This document shows, piece by piece, positions 1 to 10,933 of a stretch of 64,000 nt of DNA; the stretch's first letter is position 1; every line of letters begins with the position of its first letter. The notes under the pieces were generated by a model. It saw nothing but the letters and a program-made list of their open reading frames with translations, ran no database searches and was not told the origin of the DNA. The stretch spans positions 2,324 to 66,323 of the forward strand of contig VXMJ01000040.1 in the NCBI GenBank assembly GCA_009841145.1. The letters run 5' to 3'. Source of the DNA: Caldilineaceae bacterium SB0661_bin_34 (GTDB taxonomy: Bacteria; Chloroflexota; Anaerolineae; Caldilineales; Caldilineaceae). A program made the position numbers and the translations under genes.

Positions 1-480
1 AAGCAGATCTTCGGGATGATGTTCCGAATGCTCCGGTAGAACAACCACCGTTTCTTCTCCAACCTTGCCTTGTGGTTACGGACTTTCGGTCTGGCCACAG
101 GCTCGGATTCCGGAAAGAAGATCAGTCGTGAGATGCCCCGAGGGAGTTGGCGGTCACACCACCGCGTCATAGCCGGTCTGAAGAAATCACGTTCGATCAC
201 ATCGGTAACGATTGCCTTGGCCGATCGCGGCTCACGCGGCTTTCCCTGTGACAAACGTTACCGCTGTAGTCCAACGCTTTGACATGCGCCTCATGACCAT
301 CCCACCGTCGGCGTCGCCACCAGTCCAGTGGGTATCCGAAAGCCTTGAACTCAGACTGGTAATGCAATGCCTGTGGACATCATCTACAATCAAGCACGGC
401 AGTGCCAATCACCCCATAACCTCACTTACCGTGCAACCGGCCGTACTTGTGGCACGGGAACCCGCAAACAAGGCAAACTG
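1..480 (-). mobile_element. Degenerate IS630-family (DDE_3, Tc1/mariner-like) transposase relic, running off the left edge
   Basis: Minus-strand translation in shifting frames gives ...SEFKAFGYPLDWWRRRR... then ...VIERDFFRPAMTRWCDRQLPRGISRLIFFPESEPVARPKVR... This resembles the conserved ERDE..W..WP...(L/I)xFxDESG block of IS630 transposases. There is no intact ORF, and there are several stops and frame changes. Confidence 0.3.
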
Positions 481-505
481 TACTTCCGACACGAAATGCC
501 GAACG

Positions 506-1939
506 ATGTCCAGATGGCTGTCTCTAATCTTTATTGCATGTCTGACGGGAACTCTCGGATTGGCGGGTTCCAGCCAGGTGCCGGAAACGTCCACTCCCAT
601 GATTGGAGAGGAACCCGCAATCACACGGCACATGAGCCAAGCCGACATTGAAGCGGGCAACGTCTCACTGGACGAACTCATTGCCCATGGCCGCGACCTC
701 TTCATGGCCAGTTTCAATTCCCTGGACGGTGCCGGCAGACCCGAGCAAACCGGCAAGGGCGCGCCCCGCCAGCGACGGGAAATACCGGACAACTTCAACC
801 GCATTTCAGGACCCGACGCCAACGCCTGCATGGCGTGTCACAATTTGCCCGCAGTCGGCGGTGGCGGCGACAACGTTGCGAATGTATTCCTGCTGGCCGA
901 CACTTTCCCCTTTGTGAACTTCGACGGGGACCCGGTGGGAAATGGCCCCAACAACACCTTGAAAACCATCGGCAACGAACGCAACACGCCGGGCATGTTC
1001 GGCTCGGGCTTCATCGAACTGCTGGCCCGCGAGATGACCGCCGACATGCATGCCATACGCAGCAGTGCCTTGGCCGAAGCCAGGATTTCGGGTCGGCCGG
1101 TCACCGCCGCCCTGGTGACCAAAGGGGTCCGCTTCGGTTCCCTGGTCGTCTCGCCGGACGGATCGATTGACACCTCCGCCGTCGAGGGCGTGAATGACGA
1201 CCTGATCATTCGACCCTTTCATCAGAAGGGAGCTGCTGTCTCCCTCCGGGAATTCACCAACAATGCCGCGATTCATCACCACGGCATGCTGTCGGTCGAA
1301 CAGGCCGGCGAAGGTGAGGATCCCGACGCCGACGGCCATGTTAACGAGCTTACGGTGGGGGACATCACCGCCTTGGCCGTATTCCAGGCCACCTTGCCTG
1401 CGCCGGTGCAAGTGGAACCGGCAACTCAGATAGAAAGGGAGGCCGCCGCACTGGGCCGTCGGTTGTTCCACCAAGTGGGGTGTGCGATGTGCCATGTTCC
1501 CGAACTGCCGCTGGCCAGCCTTGAATTCGAGGAACCCGGTCCGTTCAATCCCGACAACGATCTCCAACCTGAAGATGTCTCGTCAATTCTTTCCTTTGAT
1601 CTGTCGCCGTTCATCAAGAATCTCAAAAAGGACGAACAGGGCCGTTATCTGATACCGGTCTTCACCGACTTGAAACGACACGACATGGGAGAGCTTCTCA
1701 ATACCGATGCCTTGGTTCAGGACGGCATTCCCAAACATGTGTGGCTGACCCGGAAACTGTGGGGGTTTGCGTCGGAACCGCCCTTCTTGCACCATGGCCG
1801 GGCCACTTTGATATCCGAGGCCATTCTGGCCCATGGCGGTGAGGCGCAATCGCAAAGGGATGCCTTCGCAGACCTGACCGGTGACCAGCAGGCAGCTCTC
1901 CTCGAATTTCTCCTAACTCTGCAAATTGAGCCGGACTGA
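506..1939 (+). CDS. Secreted di-haem c-type protein, DUF1111 / cytochrome-c-peroxidase-like (thiol oxidoreductase family)
   Basis: Two CxxCH haem-c motifs (NACMACH and GCAMCH). Signal peptide MSRWLSLIFIACLTGTLGLAGS starts at the ATG at 506. The ORF track extends to 212, but that part overlaps the IS relic and does not look like protein. Confidence 0.8.
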   Translation: MSRWLSLIFIACLTGTLGLAGSSQVPETSTPMIGEEPAITRHMSQADIEAGNVSLDELIAHGRDLFMASFNSLDGAGRPEQTGKGAPRQRREIPDNFNRISGPDANACMACHNLPAVGGGGDNVANVFLLADTFPFVNFDGDPVGNGPNNTLKTIGNERNTPGMFGSGFIELLAREMTADMHAIRSSALAEARISGRPVTAALVTKGVRFGSLVVSPDGSIDTSAVEGVNDDLIIRPFHQKGAAVSLREFTNNAAIHHHGMLSVEQAGEGEDPDADGHVNELTVGDITALAVFQATLPAPVQVEPATQIEREAAALGRRLFHQVGCAMCHVPELPLASLEFEEPGPFNPDNDLQPEDVSSILSFDLSPFIKNLKKDEQGRYLIPVFTDLKRHDMGELLNTDALVQDGIPKHVWLTRKLWGFASEPPFLHHGRATLISEAILAHGGEAQSQRDAFADLTGDQQAALLEFLLTLQIEPD

Positions 1940-2059
1940 TCCTCTTGACCCGCGGTACGGCCGAAACTGTTGTACCGCAACATGTATCCGGGTCCTTCGC
2001 CAATACCTGCTCGGCAACCGCGTTGCACATGGCGCCTCAATGTCCCTTGGCACAGGGTC

Positions 2060-2290
2060 CTGCAGTCAAGGGATGCGGTTTGGATCACGGTGTTCAGAAT
2101 GGGGAGCAGCTTGCGCATGGCCGCGACGAGTGCCACCTTCCCGAATTTGTCCCGCCGCCAGCCGGCAACGACAGGCCTTCGACGGTTGGAGCGACCTGCA
2201 GTTACCGGCAGTCCGGCAGGGGACTTGTGCGTTTTGCATAGCTGATCGCAGCAGGAATTTCAGAGCTCGAAGGCCGCCGGTACAGTAGAA
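2060..2290 (-). mobile_element. IS110-family transposase 3-prime fragment (relic)
   Basis: Minus strand encodes ...RPVVAGWRRDKFGKVALVAAMRKLLPILNTVIQT... This matches the IS110 C-terminal hallmark (GK..KVAL.A.MRKLL.ILN). Upstream residues are only recoverable by frame-hopping. There is no N-terminal catalytic domain and no start codon. Confidence 0.45.
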
Positions 2291-2333
2291 TTCGGCCCCT
2301 GTCAACTTGATCCACGGGTGCCGGCCCCAGGAG

Positions 2334-3590
2334 ATGAACCTCATGCTTCGTCGACTTGCTGTATTGGCCTCGATCCTGCTTCTGGCCGCACTGCTGGCTG
2401 GCTGCGTATTGCCCGAACCTTCCACCTACCCGGAGGAAATGCCAACGGAGGTGGAGGAACAGCCGACGCTGACCACTCCCGACATCGTCGAGGGCATGTT
2501 CAACGTGGCCTTTGTCTATGTGGGCCCCATCGGCGACGGCGGTTGGACCTATGCCCACAACGACGGGCGCCTCTATCTTGAGGAGAACCTCGACAACGTC
2601 AACACGGCCTATCTGGAAAGCGTGCCCGAGGGCGCGGACGCCGAGCGCGTGATCCGCAGCTTGGCGCGCAAAGGCTTCGACCTGATCTACACAACCTCCT
2701 TCGGGTACATGGATCCGACCGCGATCGTGGCCGAGGAGTTCCCGGACCAGGCGTTCGTCCACGTGTCCGGCCTCAAGAAGAACGACCACAACTTCGCCAA
2801 TCTCTTCGGCTCGATGGAATCGGCCAAGTACCTGGCCGGCATGGTCGCCGGCGCCAGGGCCGCCGAGGACGGCTCCAACCGGGTCGGCTACGTCGCCCCC
2901 TTCCCGATCCCGGAAATCGTCCGGTTGGGCAATGCCATGACGATGGGCATGCGCCGCACCTGCCCCGAGTGCGTGATGGACGTGCGCTGGATCTTCAGCT
3001 GGTTTGATCCGGAAGGCGAACGCGAAGCCGCGGTCTCCATGATCGATGCCGGTGCCACCGTGATCATTACCGGCGCCGATACCGCCATCCCCGTGCAGGT
3101 GGCCGGGGAAATGGGCTTTACCGGCGTGCCGGGCAACAGCGCCAACGCCTGCGATGCGGCGCCCGAGGCCTGCCTGGGTGTCCCCTACTGGAACTGGGGA
3201 CCGGCCTATGTCGAGATTGCCCAGGCCGTGATGGACGGCACCTTCGAGCCGGATGACTTCTACCTCGGCGCCCCGGACAACATCGTCGGGTTTGCAGGAT
3301 TCATGGAAGGCGAAGTGCCCCAGCCGGCCGTGCCCGACTGGGTCATTCCGGAAGTAGACGACGTCCTGCAACAGATGCGCAACGGCGAGTTCACCCGTTT
3401 CGACATGTTCACGGGTCCCATCCATGACAATGCCGGCAACCTGGTGGTTCCGGAAGGCGAGTCCCTGACCCAGTCCGATCTGGAAGGGATCGACGACGAG
3501 CTGGGCGCCCTGCTGGGACGCCCCGGCTGCACCTACTGCATGGGTTGGCTGGCGGAAGGCTTCGTCGCCGACGCCCAGGTCCCGCAATAG
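2334..3590 (+). CDS. BMP-family (PnrA/Med-like) ABC transporter substrate-binding lipoprotein
   Basis: Signal peptide with lipobox (LLAALLAGC). BMP-family core (FVYVGPIGDGGWTYAHN...). First gene of an operon with a matching duplicated ATPase and two permeases. Confidence 0.85.
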   Translation: MNLMLRRLAVLASILLLAALLAGCVLPEPSTYPEEMPTEVEEQPTLTTPDIVEGMFNVAFVYVGPIGDGGWTYAHNDGRLYLEENLDNVNTAYLESVPEGADAERVIRSLARKGFDLIYTTSFGYMDPTAIVAEEFPDQAFVHVSGLKKNDHNFANLFGSMESAKYLAGMVAGARAAEDGSNRVGYVAPFPIPEIVRLGNAMTMGMRRTCPECVMDVRWIFSWFDPEGEREAAVSMIDAGATVIITGADTAIPVQVAGEMGFTGVPGNSANACDAAPEACLGVPYWNWGPAYVEIAQAVMDGTFEPDDFYLGAPDNIVGFAGFMEGEVPQPAVPDWVIPEVDDVLQQMRNGEFTRFDMFTGPIHDNAGNLVVPEGESLTQSDLEGIDDELGALLGRPGCTYCMGWLAEGFVADAQVPQ

Positions 3591-3738
3591 CCTGAAACCA
3601 TGGGCGGCGTCCCGGGACGCCGCCCGCCGCATGCCGGCGGAAGGCACCTTCCGCCGGCACGGCCCAATGCCGCGCCCATCCAAGCCCCGACCCCGCAGAC
3701 AACCCGGGCCGCGCGCGGCGGCCGCTCCGCGACCCAAC

Positions 3739-5240
<1,502 letters not shown>

Positions 5241-5244
<4 letters not shown>

Positions 5245-6365
5245 CCGGCAGCACCGCGTCCGGGACCATGCCTTCCGGTCGGCTGAGGCTGAGGCTGGAA
5301 GCACGCGATCAGCCGGGCCTGCTGACACACGTGGCCGTATCGCTGCTGCTGTTGGTGGCGGCCCTGCTCCTGGCCGGGGTCGTCATGATGGTGGCCGGCG
5401 GCAACCCGTTGGACGTCTACCGCAGCATGTTCGGGGCTGGCTTCGGGAGCAAGTGGGGTCTGAACGACACCCTGGTCAAGATGGTGCCCCTGACCCTGGC
5501 CAGCCTGGGGGTGGCGCTCGCCTTCCGCATGAAGATGTGGAACATCGGAGCCGAAGGCCAACTCCTGATGGGTGCCCTGGCCGCCTCCGGCATCGCGCTG
5601 TTTGCCGTGCCGCCCGACATGCCCCAGTGGCTGGCACTGGGGCTGATGGCTGCGGCCGGAGCCGCGGGCGGTGCCGTCTGGGGCATCGTGCCCGGCTGGC
5701 TGCGCGCCCAGTTCGGGGTCAACGAGATCATCTCCACCCTGATGCTGAACTATGTTGCCTTGTCGATCGTACAGTTCTTCGTCTACGGGCCCTGGGGCGA
5801 ACGCGGTTTCGGCCTAACGCCGATGTTCGAGCGGAACACATGGCTGCCCCGCTTAACCGAATTCGCCGACCAGTGGTCCGCCCTGCGCGGCCTGACACTC
5901 CATTTGGGCATTCTGGCCGTGCCGGTGGCAATCGTGCTCCTTACGATCCTGCTGAACCGGACCAAGTTCGGCTTCGAAATCGCCATGGTGGGCGACAACC
6001 CGGACGCGGCCCGGTACGCGGGCGTGCGCCTGCGCCGCACGATGATCATCGTGATGGCCCTGAGCGGCGCCCTGGCCGGCATGGCCGGCATGAACGAGGT
6101 GTCCGGTGTGGTCCACCGATTGTTGGAGCACATCTCGCCCGGCTACGGGTACACCGCCATCATCGTGGCCTGGCTGGGCCGCTTCAACCCCCTGGCGGTG
6201 GCTGTTGTCGCCTTCCTCTTCGGCGGCCTGATTGTGGGGGCGGACGAGATTCAGTCGGCCGGCATCTCCTCGCTGCTACAAGGGGTGATTCTCTTTGTGA
6301 TGGTGAGTGGCAATCTGCTGATCCGGTACCGGATCCGCCTGCGGGCACCGGAGATGCTGGAATGA
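5241..6365 (+). CDS. ABC transporter permease (BMP-type importer, subunit 1)
   Basis: Polytopic membrane protein. Its start overlaps the upstream stop (ATGA), and its stop overlaps the next start (ATGA at 6362-6365). Confidence 0.85.
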
Positions 6366-7309
6366 TCGCCTTCCTCACGGCCGTGCTGGCGTCCGGGGTG
6401 CGCACCGGCACCTCCGTACTGTTCGCCACGCTGGGCGAACTCTTCACCGAACGGGCCGGCGTCCTCAACCTGGGGGTCGAGGGCATGATGCTGATGGGCG
6501 CCATGACGGGGTTCGGCGTCACCTGGCTGACCGGCAACCCCTGGCTGGGGATCCTGGCGGCGATGGTGGTTGGCGGCATGATGGCCCTGCTGCACGCCTT
6601 CGTGGCCTTGGTTCTGCGCGCGGAACAGGTGGTGTCCGGCCTGGCCCTCACCTTCCTGGGCAGCGGCCTCAGTGCCGTGCTCGGTTCACCCCTGGTCGAA
6701 GTGCGCCAGGTTGATCGCATCCCGACCTGGCCCGTGCCCTTCCTGTCCCAAATCCCGGTGCTCGGCCCCATTCTGTTCGACCACAACTTCCTCGTCTACA
6801 TCGGCTTCCTGTTGATTCCGCTCTGCTGGTTCTGGATTTACCGCACGCGGCAGGGCCTGGAACTGCGCGCCATCGGCGAGAACCCGGCCGCGGCCGATGT
6901 CCAGGGCATCAAGGTCATGCGACAGCGCATCCTCTATGTCGCCTTCGGCGGGGTAATGGCCGGCCTGGGCGGCGCCACGCTCTCCCTGGCCCTGACCCCG
7001 ACCTGGGTGGAAGGCCTGATTTCAGGCCAGGGCTGGGTGGCCGTGGGCCTGGTCATCTTCGCCGGCTGGGATCCGATCCGGGCCATGTTCGGCTCCTACC
7101 TGTTCGGCGCCTTGCGACGCCTGCCGATCGACCTCCAGAACTTTGCTCGTTTCCGCGCCAATCCGTCCCTCGGCTACTTCACCAGCATGCTCCCCTACCT
7201 GTTCACAATCGTGGCCTTGCTGACCGTGTCGATCGGCGACATCGGCCGTCGCTGGGGCGCTCCCGCCGCGTTGGGAAGGGCCTACGTGCGGGAAGACCGC
7301 GACGCCTAA
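6362..7309 (+). CDS. ABC transporter permease (BMP-type importer, subunit 2)
   Basis: The real start is MIAFLTAVLASGV at 6362. The 5453-6361 part of the ORF-track entry is an out-of-frame shadow of the preceding permease. Polytopic membrane protein. Confidence 0.85.
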   Translation: MIAFLTAVLASGVRTGTSVLFATLGELFTERAGVLNLGVEGMMLMGAMTGFGVTWLTGNPWLGILAAMVVGGMMALLHAFVALVLRAEQVVSGLALTFLGSGLSAVLGSPLVEVRQVDRIPTWPVPFLSQIPVLGPILFDHNFLVYIGFLLIPLCWFWIYRTRQGLELRAIGENPAAADVQGIKVMRQRILYVAFGGVMAGLGGATLSLALTPTWVEGLISGQGWVAVGLVIFAGWDPIRAMFGSYLFGALRRLPIDLQNFARFRANPSLGYFTSMLPYLFTIVALLTVSIGDIGRRWGAPAALGRAYVREDRDA

Positions 7310-7344
7310 ACCGCCTGCGTCCGGTTCCCGCCGGCGGGCCCGCC

Positions 7345-8562
7345 ATGCCGACCGGATACCGCACGCTGCGCATCCTGGTGGTCGCTCCCACCAGCTTCTT
7401 CAGCGACACGGGTTGCCACGTGCGCATCCTGGAGGAAGTGCGCATTCTCGAACGGCTCGGCCATCACGTGGAGATCGCCACCTACCGCAACGGAGGCCCG
7501 GCGAACCAACTGCGCATCCACCGCACCCTGCCCATCCCCTGGCGGCGCGGCTGGGAAGTCGGCTCCAGCCGGCACAAGGTTGCCTTTGATCTGCTGCTGG
7601 GCCTGACCGTCCTCCGGCTGCTGGCCACCCGCCGCTTCGACCTGATCCACGCCCACCTGCACGAAGGCGGCCTGATTGGCGCCATCGCCGGCCGGCTGTT
7701 CCACAAACCAATGCTGCTGGACCTGCAGGGCAGCCTGACCGAGGAGATGATCGACCACGGGTTCCTGTCCCGCGACAGCCGGTTCTTCCGGCCGCTACTG
7801 GCCTTGGAAAAGTGGATTGTCGGTCAGGGTGACCGGGTGGTGGCAAGTACCGCGCATTTCAGCCGTCTGTGCGTGGAGCGGTACGGGTGTCCGCCGGAAC
7901 GAATGGAGCAACTGGGCGACTTCGTGGACACCGATGTGTTCCAGCCGGAACAGTTTCCACCGACGGACAGGCACACCCTGCGCAGGACACTGGACCTGCC
8001 GAGCGCGGGGGCCCTCATCGTCTATCTGGGACTGCTGGCTCCGTATCAAGGCACGGACCTGCTGCTGGAAGCCATGCCGCGAATCCTTGACCGGGAACCG
8101 GATGCCCACCTTCTGCTGATGGGCTATCCCTTCGTGGACCGCTACCGGGACAAGGCGAAGTCACTGGGCATTGGCCAAGCCGTCACGCTGACCGGACGCA
8201 TGCCCTACGCCGACGTACCGCGCCATCTGGCCCTGGGCGACGTGGCGGTGGCACCCAAGGTGTCCAAGACGGAAGGACTGGGCAAGCTCCTCAACTACAT
8301 GGCTATGGGTTTGCCCACAGTGGCCTTCGACGTACCGGTAGCCCGCGAGTACCTGGGCGACCTTGGGCTCTATGCCGAGACAGGCAACGCAGCCAACTTG
8401 GCGGAATGCATCTGCCGGCTGTTGGAACGCCACCGGTGCGATCCCGACGGGCTGCGCGAACTCAGGTGCCAACTCCGGGAACGCGCCCGTGAACGATTCG
8501 GCTGGCAGCCGGTGGGGCAAGCCCTGAACCGGCTCTACGCGGAGATTTTGGGCTCCGCCTGA
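7345..8562 (+). CDS. Glycosyltransferase, GT-B fold (family 4-like)
   Basis: N-terminus RILVVAPTSFFSDTGCHV, and a C-terminal half with the typical GT4 pattern (VYLGLLAPYQG...LLLMG...PKVSKTEGLGKLLNYMAMGLP). Confidence 0.75.
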   Translation: MPTGYRTLRILVVAPTSFFSDTGCHVRILEEVRILERLGHHVEIATYRNGGPANQLRIHRTLPIPWRRGWEVGSSRHKVAFDLLLGLTVLRLLATRRFDLIHAHLHEGGLIGAIAGRLFHKPMLLDLQGSLTEEMIDHGFLSRDSRFFRPLLALEKWIVGQGDRVVASTAHFSRLCVERYGCPPERMEQLGDFVDTDVFQPEQFPPTDRHTLRRTLDLPSAGALIVYLGLLAPYQGTDLLLEAMPRILDREPDAHLLLMGYPFVDRYRDKAKSLGIGQAVTLTGRMPYADVPRHLALGDVAVAPKVSKTEGLGKLLNYMAMGLPTVAFDVPVAREYLGDLGLYAETGNAANLAECICRLLERHRCDPDGLRELRCQLRERARERFGWQPVGQALNRLYAEILGSA

Positions 8563-8605
8563 GCCAATGGTCCAAGCGCGCCCGGCCTGCGGCGTCGAAA
8601 CAGGA

Positions 8606-9082
8606 TCAGGCAGGCAGGTATCTGCTGGTGACCCGGCCCAGGATGTGCTCGGGCGGAAACAGGCCCAGCGTACGGCTGTCGGTGCTGGCCTGCGGATTGT
8701 CCCCTCGCAGGAACACCCGGCCGTCCGGGGACACGAAGGCCACGCGCTTGAGAATGATCTCCTGCGGCGCCTGGGGATGGCGCGCCATCACAACATCACC
8801 GACGCGCGGCACCCGCCGGCGGTAGGCCCGGGGATCCAGAAACAATTCGTCGCCGGGGGCAAACTCCGGCAGCATGGAAGGACCCCGCACACGGATCTTC
8901 CGCCGCAGGTTGCAAAGCCGCAGGATCAGTTCGCGGCGGCCTGCCGTTGGCAGGGGTTTGTACGGGGCGGAGCGGACATCTCCCGGGAGAACGTTCCGCT
9001 CCGCCCATCCAATATCGGTTCCGGTCTCAGGAGGCGGTGTAGAAAGCGACATCGCGGCCCTTGGTGGCCCAGAAGATTCCAT
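8606..9082 (-). CDS. sodX: Ni-superoxide dismutase maturation protease (S26 signal-peptidase-like)
   Basis: S26 motifs (VRGPSMLPEF, KRV, RGDNPQASTDSR). It lies immediately downstream of sodN and overlaps it. The start is uncertain (9082 or the ATG at 9052). Confidence 0.75.
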   Translation of the reverse strand: MESSGPPRAAMSLSTPPPETGTDIGWAERNVLPGDVRSAPYKPLPTAGRRELILRLCNLRRKIRVRGPSMLPEFAPGDELFLDPRAYRRRVPRVGDVVMARHPQAPQEIILKRVAFVSPDGRVFLRGDNPQASTDSRTLGLFPPEHILGRVTSRYLPA

Positions 9083-9515
9083 GGATCTTCTCCACGGTGG
9101 CCAGCAGGTCCTGGGCAGCTTCGAGATCGACGCCCACCTTGCATGCGGAGCAGAGCTTGGCCGCCTGCCAGAAGGTGTCGTGCAGGTCGGGATAGTCCGC
9201 CAGGTGTTCCGGCTTGAAGTAGTCCGTCCAAAGGATCAGGAGCTGGTCCTTGGCACCCTGCGCCTCCTCCTCCTTGATCGCAATGAAACGGGCCGTGGTG
9301 TTCAGGTAGGCAACGACCGCAGCGGCGTTGCCCTCGGACTTGGACGGCTGTTCCAAATCCAGAATCTTCTTGGTCATGGAGAGCACGGCCTCGGCGCGGA
9401 TCCGCGCGTCGGCGGGGTCGTACACGCCGCAGGGTCCGTCGCAGTGGGCGGAAACATCCAGGGCCGGGCGGCGGCTTTCCAGCCGACCGAGCAGGGATTT
9501 CAACATGGTCTGCAT
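9027..9515 (-). CDS. sodN: Nickel-containing superoxide dismutase precursor
   Basis: An N-terminal pro-peptide is followed by the Ni-hook HCDGPCGVYDP (canonical HCDLPCGVYDP). Length of about 160 aa and the adjacent sodX fit. Confidence 0.9.
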   Translation of the reverse strand: MQTMLKSLLGRLESRRPALDVSAHCDGPCGVYDPADARIRAEAVLSMTKKILDLEQPSKSEGNAAAVVAYLNTTARFIAIKEEEAQGAKDQLLILWTDYFKPEHLADYPDLHDTFWQAAKLCSACKVGVDLEAAQDLLATVEKIHGIFWATKGRDVAFYTAS

Positions 9516-9602
9516 TCCTTTCTCTTGATAAATTGCCGGGTAAACAGGTGGGCAAATTGTATCGCGAACGGCCCCCTAGGCCGGAGGATCGGAGCCTGTT
9601 GG

Positions 9603-10676
9603 TCAGGCGACGGGCTCCATCTCCAGGATGGCCTGCGCCTTCCGGGCCACGTCCGTGGTCGGATCACGCTTGACCACCTTGAGCAGGTGCAGCTGGGCGT
9701 CGGCATCGCCCTGGGCGGCCAGTTCCAGGGCCTCAGCCAGGCCCGTATCGGTGTACTGCAGGTCCGTGGGGATGACGACCAGGTCGTCCCGTTCCCAGTA
9801 GTACTTGAGGTCGTCGGATTCCTCGCTCCAATCCGCGTACACCTGATCCCAAGTATGGGGATTGTCCACGCGATGCTCCCCCAGGTGCGGAGTCAACATG
9901 TGCTCGGACACGGGTGCCTGCCGGGCAGTGTAGCGATTGTCGAGAGAGATGCGCAGCCGGTCCTCGGTCACGTTGGGCAGGGCCCGGTGCAGGGTCAGGC
10001 TGTGGAACAAGAGGCAGTCGCCCGGTTCGTAGTCCGTGCTGTGCCACTGACCCTCGTAGGAGTCCTCCTCCACGTTCAGCGCACCGGCACCCAGCGAGAA
10101 GTGGTGGTCCAATACCCTGTCTACCTTGTGGGAGCCGGGGACTAAGGCAAGCGGGCCGAGCGCCACGGGGCAGTCGCCCAGGGGCGACCAGCAAGTGTAG
10201 GTCTCGAAGTTCCCCTGGAAGTGGACGAAGTCCTGGTGCACGGGGGTGGTGTGCTCCGTGTACTTGGGAAACCACATGCGGATGATCTTCTGGGGATGGG
10301 GCAGAGGCTCCGCCCCGTCCATGATCGCGGACATGGCGTCCATGATCTCCTGCTGGTGCGGTATCCGATGGAACAGTTCAAGCCGGTAGGCCTGGTAGTA
10401 CACGTCGGCATAGTCCAGGTCGCCTTCCGTGCAGCGCTTGTCCACGTTGGCGATGCCATCCATCAGATCGGTGCCGGGGACGAGCCAGTCGTTGGCTTGC
10501 AACACCGTCAGGATTTGGCGGCGCAGTTCCATGGTCCGGTCGTGATCCATGAGGCCGCGGATGAAGAGATACCCCTCTTCGGCCATGCGGTCCCGCAAGG
10601 CGGGGCCGTTCCCCAGCAAATCGTTGGACTCTTTGAAAGGCTGCAGTGGTATGGACATGATTGTCATTCCTTGCAC
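9603..10676 (-). CDS. Phytanoyl-CoA dioxygenase (PhyH) family Fe(II)/2-oxoglutarate oxygenase
   Basis: HxD...H facial triad candidates (VHQDFVHF ... FHSLTLHRA) and a terminal R (RISLDNRY). Start possibly at MSIPLQ (10658). The extra C-terminal helical tail of about 50 aa is unexplained. Confidence 0.8.
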   Translation of the reverse strand: MQGMTIMSIPLQPFKESNDLLGNGPALRDRMAEEGYLFIRGLMDHDRTMELRRQILTVLQANDWLVPGTDLMDGIANVDKRCTEGDLDYADVYYQAYRLELFHRIPHQQEIMDAMSAIMDGAEPLPHPQKIIRMWFPKYTEHTTPVHQDFVHFQGNFETYTCWSPLGDCPVALGPLALVPGSHKVDRVLDHHFSLGAGALNVEEDSYEGQWHSTDYEPGDCLLFHSLTLHRALPNVTEDRLRISLDNRYTARQAPVSEHMLTPHLGEHRVDNPHTWDQVYADWSEESDDLKYYWERDDLVVIPTDLQYTDTGLAEALELAAQGDADAQLHLLKVVKRDPTTDVARKAQAILEMEPVA

Positions 10677-10699
10677 GACGCAACGGCCGCGCGCTGGTC

Positions 10700-10732
10700 A
10701 CCGACTACCGGACCGGGCCGGCGGTAGTCGGT
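10700..10732. promoter_or_regulatory. Perfect 11-bp inverted repeat (ACCGACTACCG-N11-CGGTAGTCGGT) just upstream of the PhyH start
   Basis: Read directly from the sequence. It lies 24-40 nt upstream of the candidate start codons of the 9603-10676 gene. Its function (operator or 5-prime UTR hairpin) is unknown. Confidence 0.3.
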
Positions 10733-10933
10733 ACTGTCTGGTTTGGCAACGCCGAAACACGGCGGATACGAAGCCATATTGTAAATCCAGTGCCCGCGGT
10801 GATCCAATGACCGCAGACCAACCTCCCGGTTGGGGTCGACAGGAGCCGGATGCCCTTGTGACGTTCGGTGTCCACGGACCCTGAAGCACCGGCACGGCCG
10901 GATGTGGTTGGGGCGGTCCCGCTGAGCGGCACG

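Noticed and set aside
5453-6361. 5-prime ~300 codons of the 618-aa plus-strand ORF
   Set aside because: It is out of frame with, and fully inside, the first BMP-type permease gene. Only the part from the ATG at 6362 looks like a membrane protein, and there it is ATGA-coupled to the upstream stop.
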